A program made the translations under genes and the position numbers. A DNA stretch of 51,624 nt from Sminthopsis crassicaudata (taxonomy: Eukaryota), in contig NC_133617.1 in the NCBI RefSeq assembly GCF_048593235.1, positions 71,694,937 to 71,746,560 on the forward strand. The letters run 5' to 3'. A model generated the notes under the pieces. That model ran no database searches and was not told the origin of the DNA. It worked only from the letters and a program-made list of their open reading frames with translations. This document shows positions 1 to 11,661 of the stretch, piece after piece (positions within the stretch are counted from its first letter, which is position 1; each line of letters opens with the position of its first letter).

Positions 1-220
1 ATATACTTATTTCCATGGAATTTCATCTTATTAGATTTGGCTCAGGGTTCCAACCCATCATGATCTTTTCAGTTTCCAATTCTTCCATCCAGTGTGCTAA
101 TTATCACTTTTGCTTTATTCCATCTCCAAATTCGATGACCATGTGACCTATTATTTTAACCCAGTCATTGATCAATTTGTTAAACAATACAGGATCAAAC
201 AGATCTCAGGGATCCGCCAC
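1..220 (-). mobile_element. Old L3/CR1-type LINE fragment
   Basis: Sequence such as 'catggaatttcatcttattagatttggctcag...cagtcattgatcaatttgttaaacaatacagg' resembles antisense L3/CR1 RT-region sequence (from recall). Confidence 0.5.
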
Positions 221-244
221 ATCTTTAAGAAATGTCCCTAGTTC

Positions 245-841
245 GTGGCCCTCTTCAACAATGAGATGAACCAAATCAGCTCCAATAGAGCAGTAATGAA
301 CTGAACCAGCTACACCCAGAGAAAGAACTCTGGGAGATGACTATGAACCACTACATGGAATTCTCAATCTCTCTATTTTTTTTTCCACTTGCATTTCTAA
401 TTTCCTTCACAGGCTAATTGTACACTATTTCTTTCTTCCCCCCCCCCCCCCAGGCTGGGGTTAAGTGACTTGCCCAGGGTCACACAGCTAGGAAGTGTTA
501 AGTGTCTTGAGATCAGATTTGAACTCGGGTCCTCCTGAATTCAGGGCTGGTGCTCTATCCACTGTGCCCCCTAGCTGCCCCCAAATTGTACACTATTTCA
601 AAGTCCGATTCTTTTTGTACAGCAAAACAACTGTGTGGACACGTATACATATATTGTATTTAACATATACTTTAACATATTTAACATGTATTGGTCTGCC
701 TGCCGTCTAGGGGAAGGGGTGGGGGGAAGGAGAGGAAAAGTTGGAACAGAAGGCTTTGCAATTGTCAATGCTGAAAAATTACCCATGCATATATATCTTG
801 TAAATAAAAAGCCATAATAAAAAAAAATTAAAATATTTTTT
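245..841 (+). mobile_element. 5'-truncated L1 3' end with A-rich tail and 15-bp target-site duplication
   Basis: Dasyurid-type L1 3' UTR text (gccctcttcaacaatgagatgaacc...gtaaataaaaagcc). It is flanked by identical aaatgtccctagttc at 230-244 and 842-856. Confidence 0.85.
432..583 (-). mobile_element. Young full-length WSINE1-type tRNA-SINE nested in the L1 3' end
   Basis: Reverse complement reads ggggcagctagggggcacagtggatagagcaccagccctgaattcaggaggacccgagttcaaatc... with A/B boxes. A 16-bp TSD aattgtacactatttc lies at 416-431 and 584-599. Confidence 0.95.
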
Positions 842-1259
842 AAATGTCCCTAGTTCCTTCATTGTCCTCCATGTAACATAGTATTCAGACCCTTCACTAA
901 TTTAAAGATACTTTGTGCCTCCTCATCATCTTGCTTAAAGGACAGAAACCAGAAGAAAGATCAGCCAGGATATTCTAGATAGACTCTGTAACATCAGACT
1001 TGACTTCATAGCTTAATTTCCAAACTGGTACATGCCAGACCTAGCAAGCCACAATCCAGACTGACCTGAGCAGCCTTTCACATCCTCCCTCACAATATGA
1101 GGACCACACAGGTCAGGGAGACCTCAGACCAAGTATCACACACTACTACCTTATGCCTTCTAGCCTTCAGGCATCTTTTCCCCATAAGAGCCCCCCCCAT
1201 TGTCACTTTAATCACTTTAATCACCCCTCCCTCTCCACAAATGTCCAATTATCCTAGTC

Positions 1260-2250
1260 TTCCTTTTTATTAGTCAATTTTATTTTAAATTCTGAACTTA
1301 AATACCAAAAAAGAGCATTTCCATGTACTCAGCCGAACTCAAAAAAAGAATTGCACATAAAATCATGAATCTCCATTTCATGGTCCTTGCTTTTTAAAAA
1401 GTAAATAATAATTTCATAATTTATTTTCAAATTATGCTTATCTATCCTTCCTACTCAACTTCCTTTTGTTCTTTTCCATGCATTTAAAAAATGTTTCAAT
1501 TGTTTTCTCTCTTTTTTTTAATGTTACTATTGCTATAAGCCCATCTCTACTCCCCAATCCTTCTCCCATTAAAAATCAAGAGAAAGGGGGAAAAAATCCT
1601 TGAAACAAATAAAAATAGTTAGGTAAAATACTAAGATTTAACATGGTAATTTTTCATTTTTAAGTTTAAAAAATTTTAGTTAGTGAAAATATGCCTTCTC
1701 TTTCTCCACTCTTGTTACAAAAATGTAGAGCTAAGCAACACAAATCTCCCTATGAGACACGAAAAAACAAAAGTATGTTTCAATTTGTACTCTGAGTCCA
1801 TGTCCTCTCTGTCAGCAAGTAAGTAGCATGTTACATCATAAGTCCCCTGGAATTATGTTGATCAGAATTCTAAAGTCTTTCAAAGTGGCTTAAGACTTAA
1901 CATTATAAAGAAAAACAACTTTGAAAGATTCATTCAATGTACATGTACAAAAATATGCCTGGAGTCCATCACCTCTTTGTCAATAGGCAAGTAATATGTC
2001 TTACTATAGATCCCCTGAAGGCATAATTGATCACTGCATTGATCAGCTTTCTTAAAGTTTTCACAATTGTTTTCTTTAACCTTGTATAAATTGTTCTCCT
2101 GATTCTATTCACTTCACACTGCATCATTTGATACTATCCAGGACTCCCTGAAATATTCTTTTGTAATTTCTAATGTGGTAATATCCCATTATGTTCATTT
2201 ACCACCATTTACTCAATCATTTTATAAGTAATGGGATCCCTAACATTGTA

Positions 2251-2281
<31 letters not shown>

Positions 2282-3520
2282 CTTCTTTTTAATTGTCCTT
2301 CAGGATCAGGCTGCATGCAGCCATTTTCTCTTCCACAGTAGCCTCCCTCTTAACATTACTTTTCTCATACTGGTTTGTTTCCCTATTGAGTTTGATATAT
2401 TGAACTGTTTAATTTGTGTGTTGACCATGCTTTGTTTATTTCAAACAAGAGTTAGGTTAATCTGATATCCGAAAGAAATAATATTTGCAAATTGCTTAGC
2501 ACAGTGCTTTGCACATAGTATATACTTAATAAATGCTTATTCTCTTCCCTTCCCTTTCCCCCCATCTCTTATACTCTTTTCTCAAGTATTTCAGTTACAA
2601 AAAATAGCAATTTATACACGATTTTTTTTCTCTACACTGATGTATTCTATTTCCCTTTCCTTTTTTCCTCCCCTCTTAAAACTCTCAAATAGAACCATCC
2701 CCAGGACCTTTGTTTTTCTTAACAACTTCACTACCCTTTGCAGATATTAAGGTTCTGAAGGGACCCCTATGAAGATGTTTGCACAACATCATCATTGTTA
2801 TAATAACTTTACTTTTACTCCTGTCAAGATTTCAAATTTCCTACTCAGTTTTGTTCTTTTCATGAGAAATGATTGAAAGTTCTCTATTTCATTAAAGATT
2901 TTTTCACTTCTGCAGAGTTTGTGGGTAAGTTATTCTTGATTATAAGTATATATATAGTGATACTTTTTTCTTCTTTGACTTCGTAACTTTGGATTTTGGC
3001 AATGATATAATATTATTGAGACTTTTCCTTTTGTTTTATTTTCAGGAGCTAATCAATGCAATTTTTTCCTATGATACTTTGTCCCTGGTTCTAATCAATC
3101 TGAAAACTTTTTGCTTATTCTTGAAATATGATTTCCAGGATTATTTTCTATCCTGGTTTTCAGTGGTCCATTGATTCTTAAATTCTAGGCTTTATGCATT
3201 TTTTAAAGTTCAGATTTTTGATTGATATTTATTGCTATCTCAGTGAGCTATTGATTTTTGTTTGGTCTATTGCAGTTTCAAGAAACACATTTCTTGGATA
3301 AGGTTTACTATGTTCTTTTTCTTCTCTTTCCTAGAATTTTTATTTGATTTTTAAAAAAATCTTTTGCTTCATTTATTCTAAGTGTTATTATACTTTTTGT
3401 GGAGAATCTTTTTTCCCTTTGTTTGAAAGTATTACAAGATTTCTCCTTAATTTGTTGGATCTCTAGACAAGATTTCTCTCCACATTAAGATTTCTCATTT
3501 TAATGGCTATTTTTTGTGAT
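1260..3520. mobile_element. Mosaic of decayed L1-derived fragments, mostly antisense
   Basis: AT-rich sequence with recurring marsupial L1 3'-end phrases (e.g. 'ttgtataaattgttctcctgattctattcacttcac', 'gtaagttattcttgattataag'). No open frame. Confidence 0.45.
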
Positions 3521-4356
3521 AATTAAACACTGGAAACAAAGTGGGTGCCAATTAAGACAAAGCAAATTGCAATTTATAAATATTGTACTATATAAGACAA
3601 TGAATATTGAAATACTTAAAGAAACAAATCCAGGGTGATATACAATGACAACAGTAATATAAATGAAAAAATACTAAAATATACTGAGAATGATTAATTA
3701 CAATTAAATGTATAGGAAATTTTATAAATTCAGGATTTAGTTTAGATTAGAATGTTAATTCATTTTAATTTTTAAAGTTTTAAGAGATAAATACTTTGAA
3801 GATTAAATTATTACCTAGCCTTATAAAATAATGATAAAAATGACTGCTTTTTGCCTGCATTCCCAATCATAGTTTCTGGCACCTTCAAATATCTTTACTG
3901 AAATACTGGTACAATTTATCACACCCTTTATTAGCTGTTGCCATAGAACTTTTTCCCCATAGTAGGCATCCTCACCTACCACATTTCCAGCACCCCAGTG
4001 TTCTGATTATAAGACTATATAATGATAATATGATAATCTCAAACTTTTAAGGCATGCCAGTCTTTAAAAATAGATAAGAAAATGCAAATTCACAATAGCG
4101 TCTCTCTTTTTCTTCCCCAGAAGTTAGGTACTATAAATGTGGAACATTATATATACTGTTAGTTTTGATGAACTGCTCCTTCCCCCCTCCTTTTTGTTAT
4201 AAAACTTAATTTATAGAAGGGTGAGAGGGGTATTTTCAGAAATGAAGTTGATATAAAACCCAAAAAAATTCAATTAATTTTTTAAAAAGTAAAAAAGATA
4301 TAGGGTACAGTCTTCCTACTCTCATCATAAGTCAAAACTAAACTCTGAACACTTAC

Positions 4357-4431
4357 AAGTGAGGAGAAGACCAGGATGATTATAGCACTTGAAAGCTTGA
4401 CCAGGAAGATGATCAATATGATGATGAAGAA
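4357..4431 (-). CDS. TSPAN16: Tetraspanin coding exon 3 (TM3): FFIIILIIFLVKLSSAIIILVFSSL
   Basis: 75 nt, phase 0/0. Acceptor ...ccccccctctag and donor gtaagt (4356-4351). It continues exon 2 in frame; size and hydrophobicity match the TM3 exon of TSPAN1-like tetraspanins. Confidence 0.9.
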
Positions 4432-4838
4432 CTAGAGGGGGGGAAAAAAGATCTGGTCAATTGGTCATTCACTGGTTTGAGGACCCCCTAGAGGAGGGTC
4501 CCATTTATTGGTAACAATGTTTCTGGATAAATAAGAAAAATATGCCCATTGGCAACTTCTCAACCTCTCAGTTGATCTCGTGAGTAACGCCATTCCTACC
4601 TAGACTCTAGAACAGCGATAACCAGCCTTTCCTTGTCTTAAATTTTAAAAGAAGCCTTGAATTCACGAAGGGCCACAGGGATGAATCTAGGCAATTCAGA
4701 AATGACAATAGTAACTAGAGAGAAAAAAGGTTTACTTTTTTATAATATGGGCTCACCCAAAGCAATAATTAGGAACTTTTGTACCTGGAGCAAAAGGAAT
4801 AAAATGTCCCCAGATCAACCTTTAAAAACAAAATTTAC

Positions 4839-4949
4839 AGCCTTGAATTCAGGAGGACCCGAGTTCAAATCTGATCTCAGACACTTAACACTTCCTAGCT
4901 GTGTGACCCTAGGCAAGTCACTTAACCCCAGCCCCGGGGGGGGGGGGGG
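4839..4949 (+). mobile_element. 5'-truncated young WSINE1-type SINE ending in a G14 run
   Basis: cagccttgaattcaggaggacccgagttcaaatctgatctcagacacttaacac...ttaaccccagcccc followed by G14; near-identical to the copies at 432-583 and 8045-8192. Confidence 0.9.
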
Positions 4950-5364
4950 AATTTTGGTTTGGGAGATTGAGGGAGGGAGGGTTCTGGGATACTGAGAGGT
5001 AGGGATAGGTGACAGGTTAGTGAAGGTCTCAACTGAGTATCTATTTTAATTAATTATTTTTGCTAAGTTGGAATTAAGTTTAGTTGTTTCCACCCTACAG
5101 AAGGACTGCAAGGGCTATCTTCTGAAGTTCAGCCCCTGGAGCAAAAACTCAGTTGTTCCGTCCTAATTATAGCTCTACCTGGACATACAAGGTACAAAGG
5201 TGATGCTATTCACTCATTTCCCTGTATTATTCCTCTAGCAGGGGGATAACCTACATTGACTCATCCTTGCTCTAGGGACCTTTGTCACCTGTTTGTGAGA
5301 AAAATAGCAGGCTGGCACTAGCAGGAGTTGGGTTTAGTAACAGTCTCCCTCTGCCCAAGGCTAC

Positions 5365-5545
5365 TTGGGCCATCTCCAGTCCTCCTGATCTGTATCTGGC
5401 CACTGGCTTTGGGGGGGACAATGAGGCGGGTGACCTTGCCCAGTCCTCCTTCACTCAAATCCAATTCATTTGTATGTCACAGCATCCCCTCCCTGAAGTC
5501 CTGATGCTCTTTGAGAACAAAGAATAAATAAAAACAAATAAAACA
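5365..5545 (-). mobile_element. RTE-derived SINE (WALLSI/RTESINE-like) fragment
   Basis: Reverse complement matches the gatgccatgacatgcaagtgaattggattt...gggctgtgcaaggtcacc...ctgggtccagtggccagat motif also seen at 17290 and 26575. Confidence 0.7.
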
Positions 5546-5653
5546 ACAATAACCACAACTACATGGGAATAGAAGCCAGACTTGCCTCCAAATGTTAACC
5601 AGGCTCAAACTAACAGAATTCTTAGCCCCATTTTCTTCCTTCTTTCTACCTAC

Positions 5654-5860
5654 CAGCAACAGCATGCTCTTGTTTTCCCTTATGGCTCCCCAGCAGCCCA
5701 GGATTCCCAGGAACAAGAGGATGCTGCCGATGATGATGCAGAGATATCTGATGAGCACGAGCTGACTGAATGGCGAGACTGAAACCCCCATTAGGTCAGA
5801 AAAGGCATTTCCTTCAACATACAGACATAAGCCAAGGGCCAGTAGTCCCAATCCCCCAAA
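5654..5860 (-). CDS. TSPAN16: Tetraspanin coding exon 2 (end of TM1, EC1, TM2): FGGLGLLALGLCLYVEGNAF...FLGILGCWGAIRENKSMLLL
   Basis: 207 nt, phase 0/0. Acceptor tcctctccag (5862-5861), donor gtaggt (5653-5648). It carries the tetraspanin GCxGAxRENKxxL signature. The gene name rests on its head-to-head position with DOCK6, as in human 19p13.2. Confidence 0.9.
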
Positions 5861-6444
5861 CTGGAGAGGAGAAAAAGGGAGGAAGAATGGCTGGATGACC
5901 TCCATGAATATTTTGTTACTAGAAAAAGGAATAACTTTATCAGAAAACTTCCTATGTTGAATCCTAGCTCCTTAAACTCCTGAGCAAGGGAACTTTTCCT
6001 TGCTGCCCTGGGTTGAAAGCAGTAGTGACATGATTTCTAAGTATTTCCAATCAGACTGGTCAGAGAAATCTGGGCTTACTCCCCTGGTTCTTCTTTCAAC
6101 TATTCCCCTCAAGCACTTTGTATATTTATTCCCAAAGAAATCCTATGGAAAGGGCTTTTAGAAGAGACCCAGAATGGGATTTGAGTGGATATCCACCAGA
6201 AATATATGGATTGAGTGCCCCATGACTGTTGCCTGGAAAACAGTGAACTCTACCCCATGGGTTGCCCTACCAGGAGTGGTCCCTTCCAGCTGAGCCAGAA
6301 TTTCTGTAACCTCCTCAGACAGAATGTAGGGATACGGGGAAACCCTTGATATAGGGGGTTTCTCAGAAATTTCCCCTTCCCTGGAATATGTCTGGGCTGA
6401 GTAGAAGGGAAAAAGGCAAAACCCCATTTTATTCTCATACTCAC

Positions 6445-6501
6445 AAATAAGATGCTGTTAAGAAGAAACATCAGAATTTTTAGGATTGCAAAAAGAGCCA
6501 T
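6445..6501 (-). CDS. TSPAN16: Tetraspanin first coding exon: MALFAILKILMFLLNSILF
   Basis: ATG at 6501-6499 in aagATGG context; 57 nt, phase 0; donor gtgagt at 6444-6439. Resembles the TSPAN1 N-terminus (MQCFSFIKTMMILFNLLIF). Confidence 0.88.
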
Positions 6502-6919
6502 CTTCCTCTGTCTGAAACTTAGGAGATAGGGATGCTAATTTTGTATCTCCAAAGAGTAGCCTCAGACTTCCCAGGAAATATGTAGGACAGGTGCCCTGAG
6601 GAAGGATGGACAGATGATTTTTGGTGCGTCTTATTCCCTGACTGCAGGACCTTCCCAGACCATCTACCTGAAAGAGACCATATGCCAGCTTTAATGATGA
6701 TCAGGAACTACTGTGACCCTGGACCCCTAGACATGCTCATTATCTGAGAGACTCCTTTCTTATGGATGCTCCAACCCCGCTCTAGGGAGAGAGAGTCAAG
6801 GTTTCCTCCAAAGTTTGCTTCCTCAGATTAATTACCCAAATACAATAGGGTCAAAGATTCTTTTTACTCATCTTGAGGTCAGGAACAACTAAAATAGGAA
6901 ACAGAAATAAATAATAGTA

Positions 6920-7400
6920 TCAGCCATTTTTTAAGCATTTTCCTATTTACCAAGCACATTCCTACCAACAACCATGTAAAATACCTAATACAAGTATTAA
7001 CATTCCCGCTTTACAGATAGAAAAACTGAGGCACAGAGAGATTAAGTGATTCACCCATGATCACATAGCTAATAAGTGTCAGAGCCAGGACTAGAATTTG
7101 GGTCCGATGGAGACTAAAGGCAATGCTGGATTTGCAGTTAGAGGACTTGCAAAACTGATCTCTGACCAGATGATCTCCCAGCTCTAAAGCTGTCCCTCTC
7201 ATTAATCATGGAGGTAGTGTAAAAAGCCCTGAACTTCGTATCAGGAGACCTCAATTAAAATTTTTTAGTTGCTATTTTTATGTCCTATGTGGTCTTGGAA
7301 AATGACTTTCTCTCTCTGGGTCTCAGTTTTCTCATCTGTAAAATAGATAGGTTGGATTTTATTAGATGATTTCTAAATCAGATACCTTCTAATTCTAAAT
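6920..7400. mobile_element. Two MIR/CORE-SINE fragments in opposite orientations
   Basis: Core motifs 'tttacagatagaaaaactgaggcacagagagattaagtgat' (6920-7100) and 'ctcagttttctcatctgtaaaatag' (7200-7400). Confidence 0.75.
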
Positions 7401-8044
7401 CTTAGGACTGAGTATGGCCTAATCCCCACCTACAAAAATGTGGGGTGAGACCTAGTCAAATACAGAGGAATCAGGGATGTTCTGGTTGGTGATCCAGGAA
7501 GCAGACCTTCTGCTTTGCCTTCAAGCTGATCCGAAAATGTGGCTTGACATCATCCCTTAGAGAAGTTCTATGGTTTTCCTCGGACGGGCCAGACCGAGCT
7601 GGGTGCCCAGGAACTGCAGAATAGCCACTTATTGTTTCCGTGGGAAAGCAGAGATTTCTCCCACACAGTTCCCTGAGTTCCCTCCAATGTCCCCAGCCAG
7701 GCTCTAGTTGCTTATTTCCCTCTCTACATGCTTCCTTCTCCCCAACTAGTTTTCTCACCTATAAAATGGGAATGATACTCCCTTTATGGTAGGGAAGGAA
7801 ATGCTTTTGAGATGCTTTGAGTGCCACAAAGAAGTAGATTTATGATCTCAATTTTCCTTTGAGGATAGAGAAAAAAATACATTTTTGTGAATGAAGAAGC
7901 TAGAACTGAAGCTGTCCCCATTTTCTTTGTGGTGGCAAAAAGCTGAAAATTGCAGGGATGCTCCTCAGTTGGGTGATGGCTAAACAAGCTGTGACATATA
8001 ATAGTGATGGAATACTTTTGTGCTATAAAGAAATAATGAACTCG

Positions 8045-8192
8045 GGGCAGCTAGGTGACACCGTGGATAGAGCACCAGCCCTGAATTCAGGAGGACCCGA
8101 GTTCAAATCTGGTCTCAGACACTTAACACTTCCTAGCTGTGTGACCCTGGGCAAGTCACTTAACCCCAGCCTCAGAAAAAAAAAAAAGAAAG
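8045..8192 (+). mobile_element. Young full-length WSINE1-type SINE with A-tail and 18-bp TSD
   Basis: Complete head-to-tail SINE. aaagaaataatgaactcg is duplicated at 8027-8044 and 8193-8210. It is inserted in an L1 3'-end fragment. Confidence 0.95.
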
Positions 8193-8542
8193 AAAGAAAT
8201 AATGAACTCGATGATGTTAAAAAAAACATGGCAAAGATTTGCACGAAATAATGAGCAGAACCAAGAGAACATTGTATATAGCAACAGTTGCATTGTATAC
8301 ATTATATACAGCAATTTTTTAAAAGAACAACTTTGAAAAAATATGTTATTTTGATTATTATAAATACCAAATTAACTATAGAGAACATATGAAGAAAAAT
8401 GTAACCTACATCTAGAGAAATATCTGACAGATAGATATATGTTTAGAATAACTATATCTTATCTATATTTGTATCTAACTTATAATATATGTCAAACATG
8501 TCTAAATATTTATGTATATAGATATATACATACATATGTATG

Positions 8543-8693
8543 NNNNNNNNNNNNNNNNNNNNNNNNNNNNNNNNNNNNNNNNNNNNNNNNNNNNNNNNNN
8601 NNNNNNNNNNNNNNNNNNNNNNNNNNNNNNNNNNNNNNNNNNNNNNNNNNNNNNNNNNNNNNNNNNNNNNNNNNNNNNNNNNNNNNNNNNNNN
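8543..8693. other. Assembly gap (151 N) flanked by TA/CA-rich low-complexity sequence
   Basis: N run in the sequence. Confidence 1.
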
Positions 8694-11661
8694 CTATACA
8701 TGGCAGGTTGGGTAAACTCATCCCACAGATTTTCACCATTAGTGACTCCTTCCTTTGGATTAAGCATTATTCTCCATCCAAATGAAAATATTCTATAAAT
8801 CTCAAACACCCCTTTAACTCAGTGCTTTCCTTTTTTCAAATGCATGGCTTAGATTACATTGCCTCCCTTTCCAGATCAAACATTCATTGAAACTGAGGCC
8901 CAGAGAATGACTCTCTCAAGATCACACAGCAAGCTAATGGATAAAATGGGACTAGCTCTCAGGTAGCCTTACTCCTGGTGTCTGGCAAGTTAGTAGTGAG
9001 AGCTTTATTCACAGAGATTTTGATTCAATTCAACATGGCTTTTTTGTACTTCGGGGACAGTGTTGGGCAGGGGCAGGAGTGGGGGGCAAAGTGCTCTTTT
9101 AACCTTAGAGTAGCCAGGAGAAGATGTAGCTGTACACAGATGAGTGAGGAGGGAACTTAAAGCATGGGGGAAGCAGGGTGTGTGGGGTGAGGAGGGTGAC
9201 AGGAACAATTCACTTAAATGAAGGTGAATTTGGACTCAGGTCTTCCTGACTCCAGAGCCAGAGCTCTATTTGCCTTCCCTTGTATAAAATTATAAGTCTA
9301 AGGGGAAAAAAATTCCTTAAATGGCCCTATGAGCTGCTGCACATTTTATTATACCTGTTTTACAGGTGAGGAAATGAAGGCTTAGATAGTTTGAGTGACT
9401 TGTCCTGAATCACACAACTGGAAAATACCCAAGGAAGGCTGTCAATTCAGATACTTCTGCTTCTGAGCCCAGTGTTCCTTCCTCTTTATTAGACTGTCCA
9501 AAAAGGGGGAGAGAAGGGGAATTAGCAGATGCTAGGTAAGTGCTAGACACTGCGCTAAGTACTCTACAAATATTAAGAGGCATACGAAACAAGGCCTCCA
9601 AGAGGCAAAAGAAATAAAGGTAATTTCATGGGATTGGGGATGGCCATGCTAGCGGCCCTACCCCAAACTCTCCTCACTCCAAGGCAGAGAACAGAAAAGG
9701 TAATAATAATTGGGCCACAAAAAACAACCAAAACCCCAAAGGGGTCAGTGTGTGTGAGTATGGAACCTGCTCAAGGGTCTAGGGTCCCTCACTGATCAGC
9801 CCAGCTAATGTCTGGGACCTGGTTCCAATGGCAACGACATTCATTCTATGGTGTTACAAAAAGTACATCATGCATGGAATCAGAGAAGACCTGAGTTCCA
9901 GGCTGATCCCTCCTGGCTGAGTGAACTTGGCCAAATTGTTTTACCTCCCAATTCTGTGGACCAAACTTCTAAGACTAGAAATTACAAAGAGGGCATGATT
10001 GGCTTTGGCAGAAGGAGTTTCTTCAGGGATGGAGGGGCTGCTATCCCAATGAAATCTCAGGCTCCATTCCCTATCTCTGGAATCAGCAGGCTTTCATATC
10101 TTGTCTCCATTTCTTATGACCTGAGCAAGTCCCTTTCTGCCCTGGGCCTCCATTTCCTCACCCACACTTCCCCAAGTCCCTCCCATGAGTGCTAAATCCT
10201 GCTATGGCATGGCATACAGGAAGCACCTAATAAATACCTGTTGACTGATTAAGCCTCTCAAAACTCTGACTCTAGATAAGATTTATCAAATGAGAAGACC
10301 CCCAAGAAGACATTTCCTCCTCACTTCTTTGTAAGTTTGGGATCCAAGGGAGAGAAGCATTACATATAACATTATTCAATATGTTGGTTGGTTTTACTGA
10401 ATTTTTCCCCTCCTCTTCCTCTTTCTAAAAAAAAAAAAAGGGGGGGGGTAACATAACAAAGTGGAGGAGGGGAAGGATGCAAGGGAAAATCTAAGTGATG
10501 TACAAAAGATAAAAATAAAAAAATCCATTTTTAAAAATTCCATGCAGCTAAGAAACAAAAATTACCTGCCCTAAGCCCAAAAAATATTCTGATGGAGTTC
10601 TGATTTCATAATTTGAATCTTCTTTGCCTTTTCCCCACCTCCCCATCCTGGAGGCACCACTTGAGTTTCCCAATGACAACTGGATTTTAGATTTTAAGTT
10701 GCCTCCTCCTAGGTAGCCTGTGGTGTTGGGGGGTGGGACCCATAGGGGCATCCCTGCTGACTTACCTACTTGGCAGGATCCTGGAACTCAGTAGAGAGGC
10801 AGGGACCTTCTGCCTTCTTGGATCCAGCCTTATCTTCTGCTCTTTCTTTGCTTTAATTTCTGGGTAGACCCACCCCACCACCCATTAGAAGTTGTGGTTT
10901 GAAGAGTGCCTCCTTTTACTCCTTCACAGGAAGGCCTGATAAAAGTGGTTCTGGACCTGTGGGAATTCCCTGTGGGTTTCTTCTGGTAAACTTCTGGAGA
11001 ACAGTTAGGAAGCTGTGAGCTCTTAGCCTTAATTCTTTGTCTTTCCTCTGCTTCTCTTCCCCCGCAGAACCAGCCCAGAGCCAGGGAACCTTCAGGCCCA
11101 GCCCTAGGAAGCTCAGCCAGAGAGGGGGCTCTCCTGCTGGGGCCCCAGCTGCCTTTGCAAACATCCCCTCTCTCTCTATTTGTTTCTCTAGCTGTCAGTG
11201 GATTTCATTCAGGGCCAGTGGGGGTGAATGGGAAGGGTTATCTATACAGTATCTCTGCTATGTCCACAAGGAGCCAAGCATTGACACTTGTGCCCTAGAC
11301 ACTGAAGGGCCCTGAGAAAATCCATTTCTTTATTAAGGGACGGGATTTTCCAAGAATCAAGAGATGACTAAGTCCAGTTGAGAAAAATACTCATTTGTTA
11401 AAGGCATTCCCTTCTTTCCAGCAGCATGTACCAAGTGTGGAGTCTGGTGTTAAGCTCTGGGGAAAGAAGACAGTTTATATATAAGACATGATGCTTACCC
11501 ACATGGGGTTCTTAGTCTAGTGGAGGGGGGAGGTAGAATTTTAGACAAAAATACAATTAAGAGAAATATACAATATTACATGAAAAGTGTCTTGTTCAGA
11601 AATAAATGAAGACTATGAGGAATTTAGGAAGATCTGGGGAGACTTATATGATATATATATA

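Noticed and set aside
860-4350. Further tetraspanin exons (EC2 with the CCG motif)
   Set aside because: No convincing frame with splice sites was found; they probably lie left of position 1.
5477-5905. 142-aa ORF treated as a complete single-exon protein
   Set aside because: Only 5654-5860 is exonic; the flanks are intron read-through beyond clear splice sites.
8045-8120. tRNA-like sequence with A/B boxes
   Set aside because: It is the head of a tRNA-derived SINE with body, tail and TSD. No standalone tRNA gene was seen in the window.
8439-8809. ORFs spanning N runs (also 20324-20693)
   Set aside because: They are open only because of assembly gaps.
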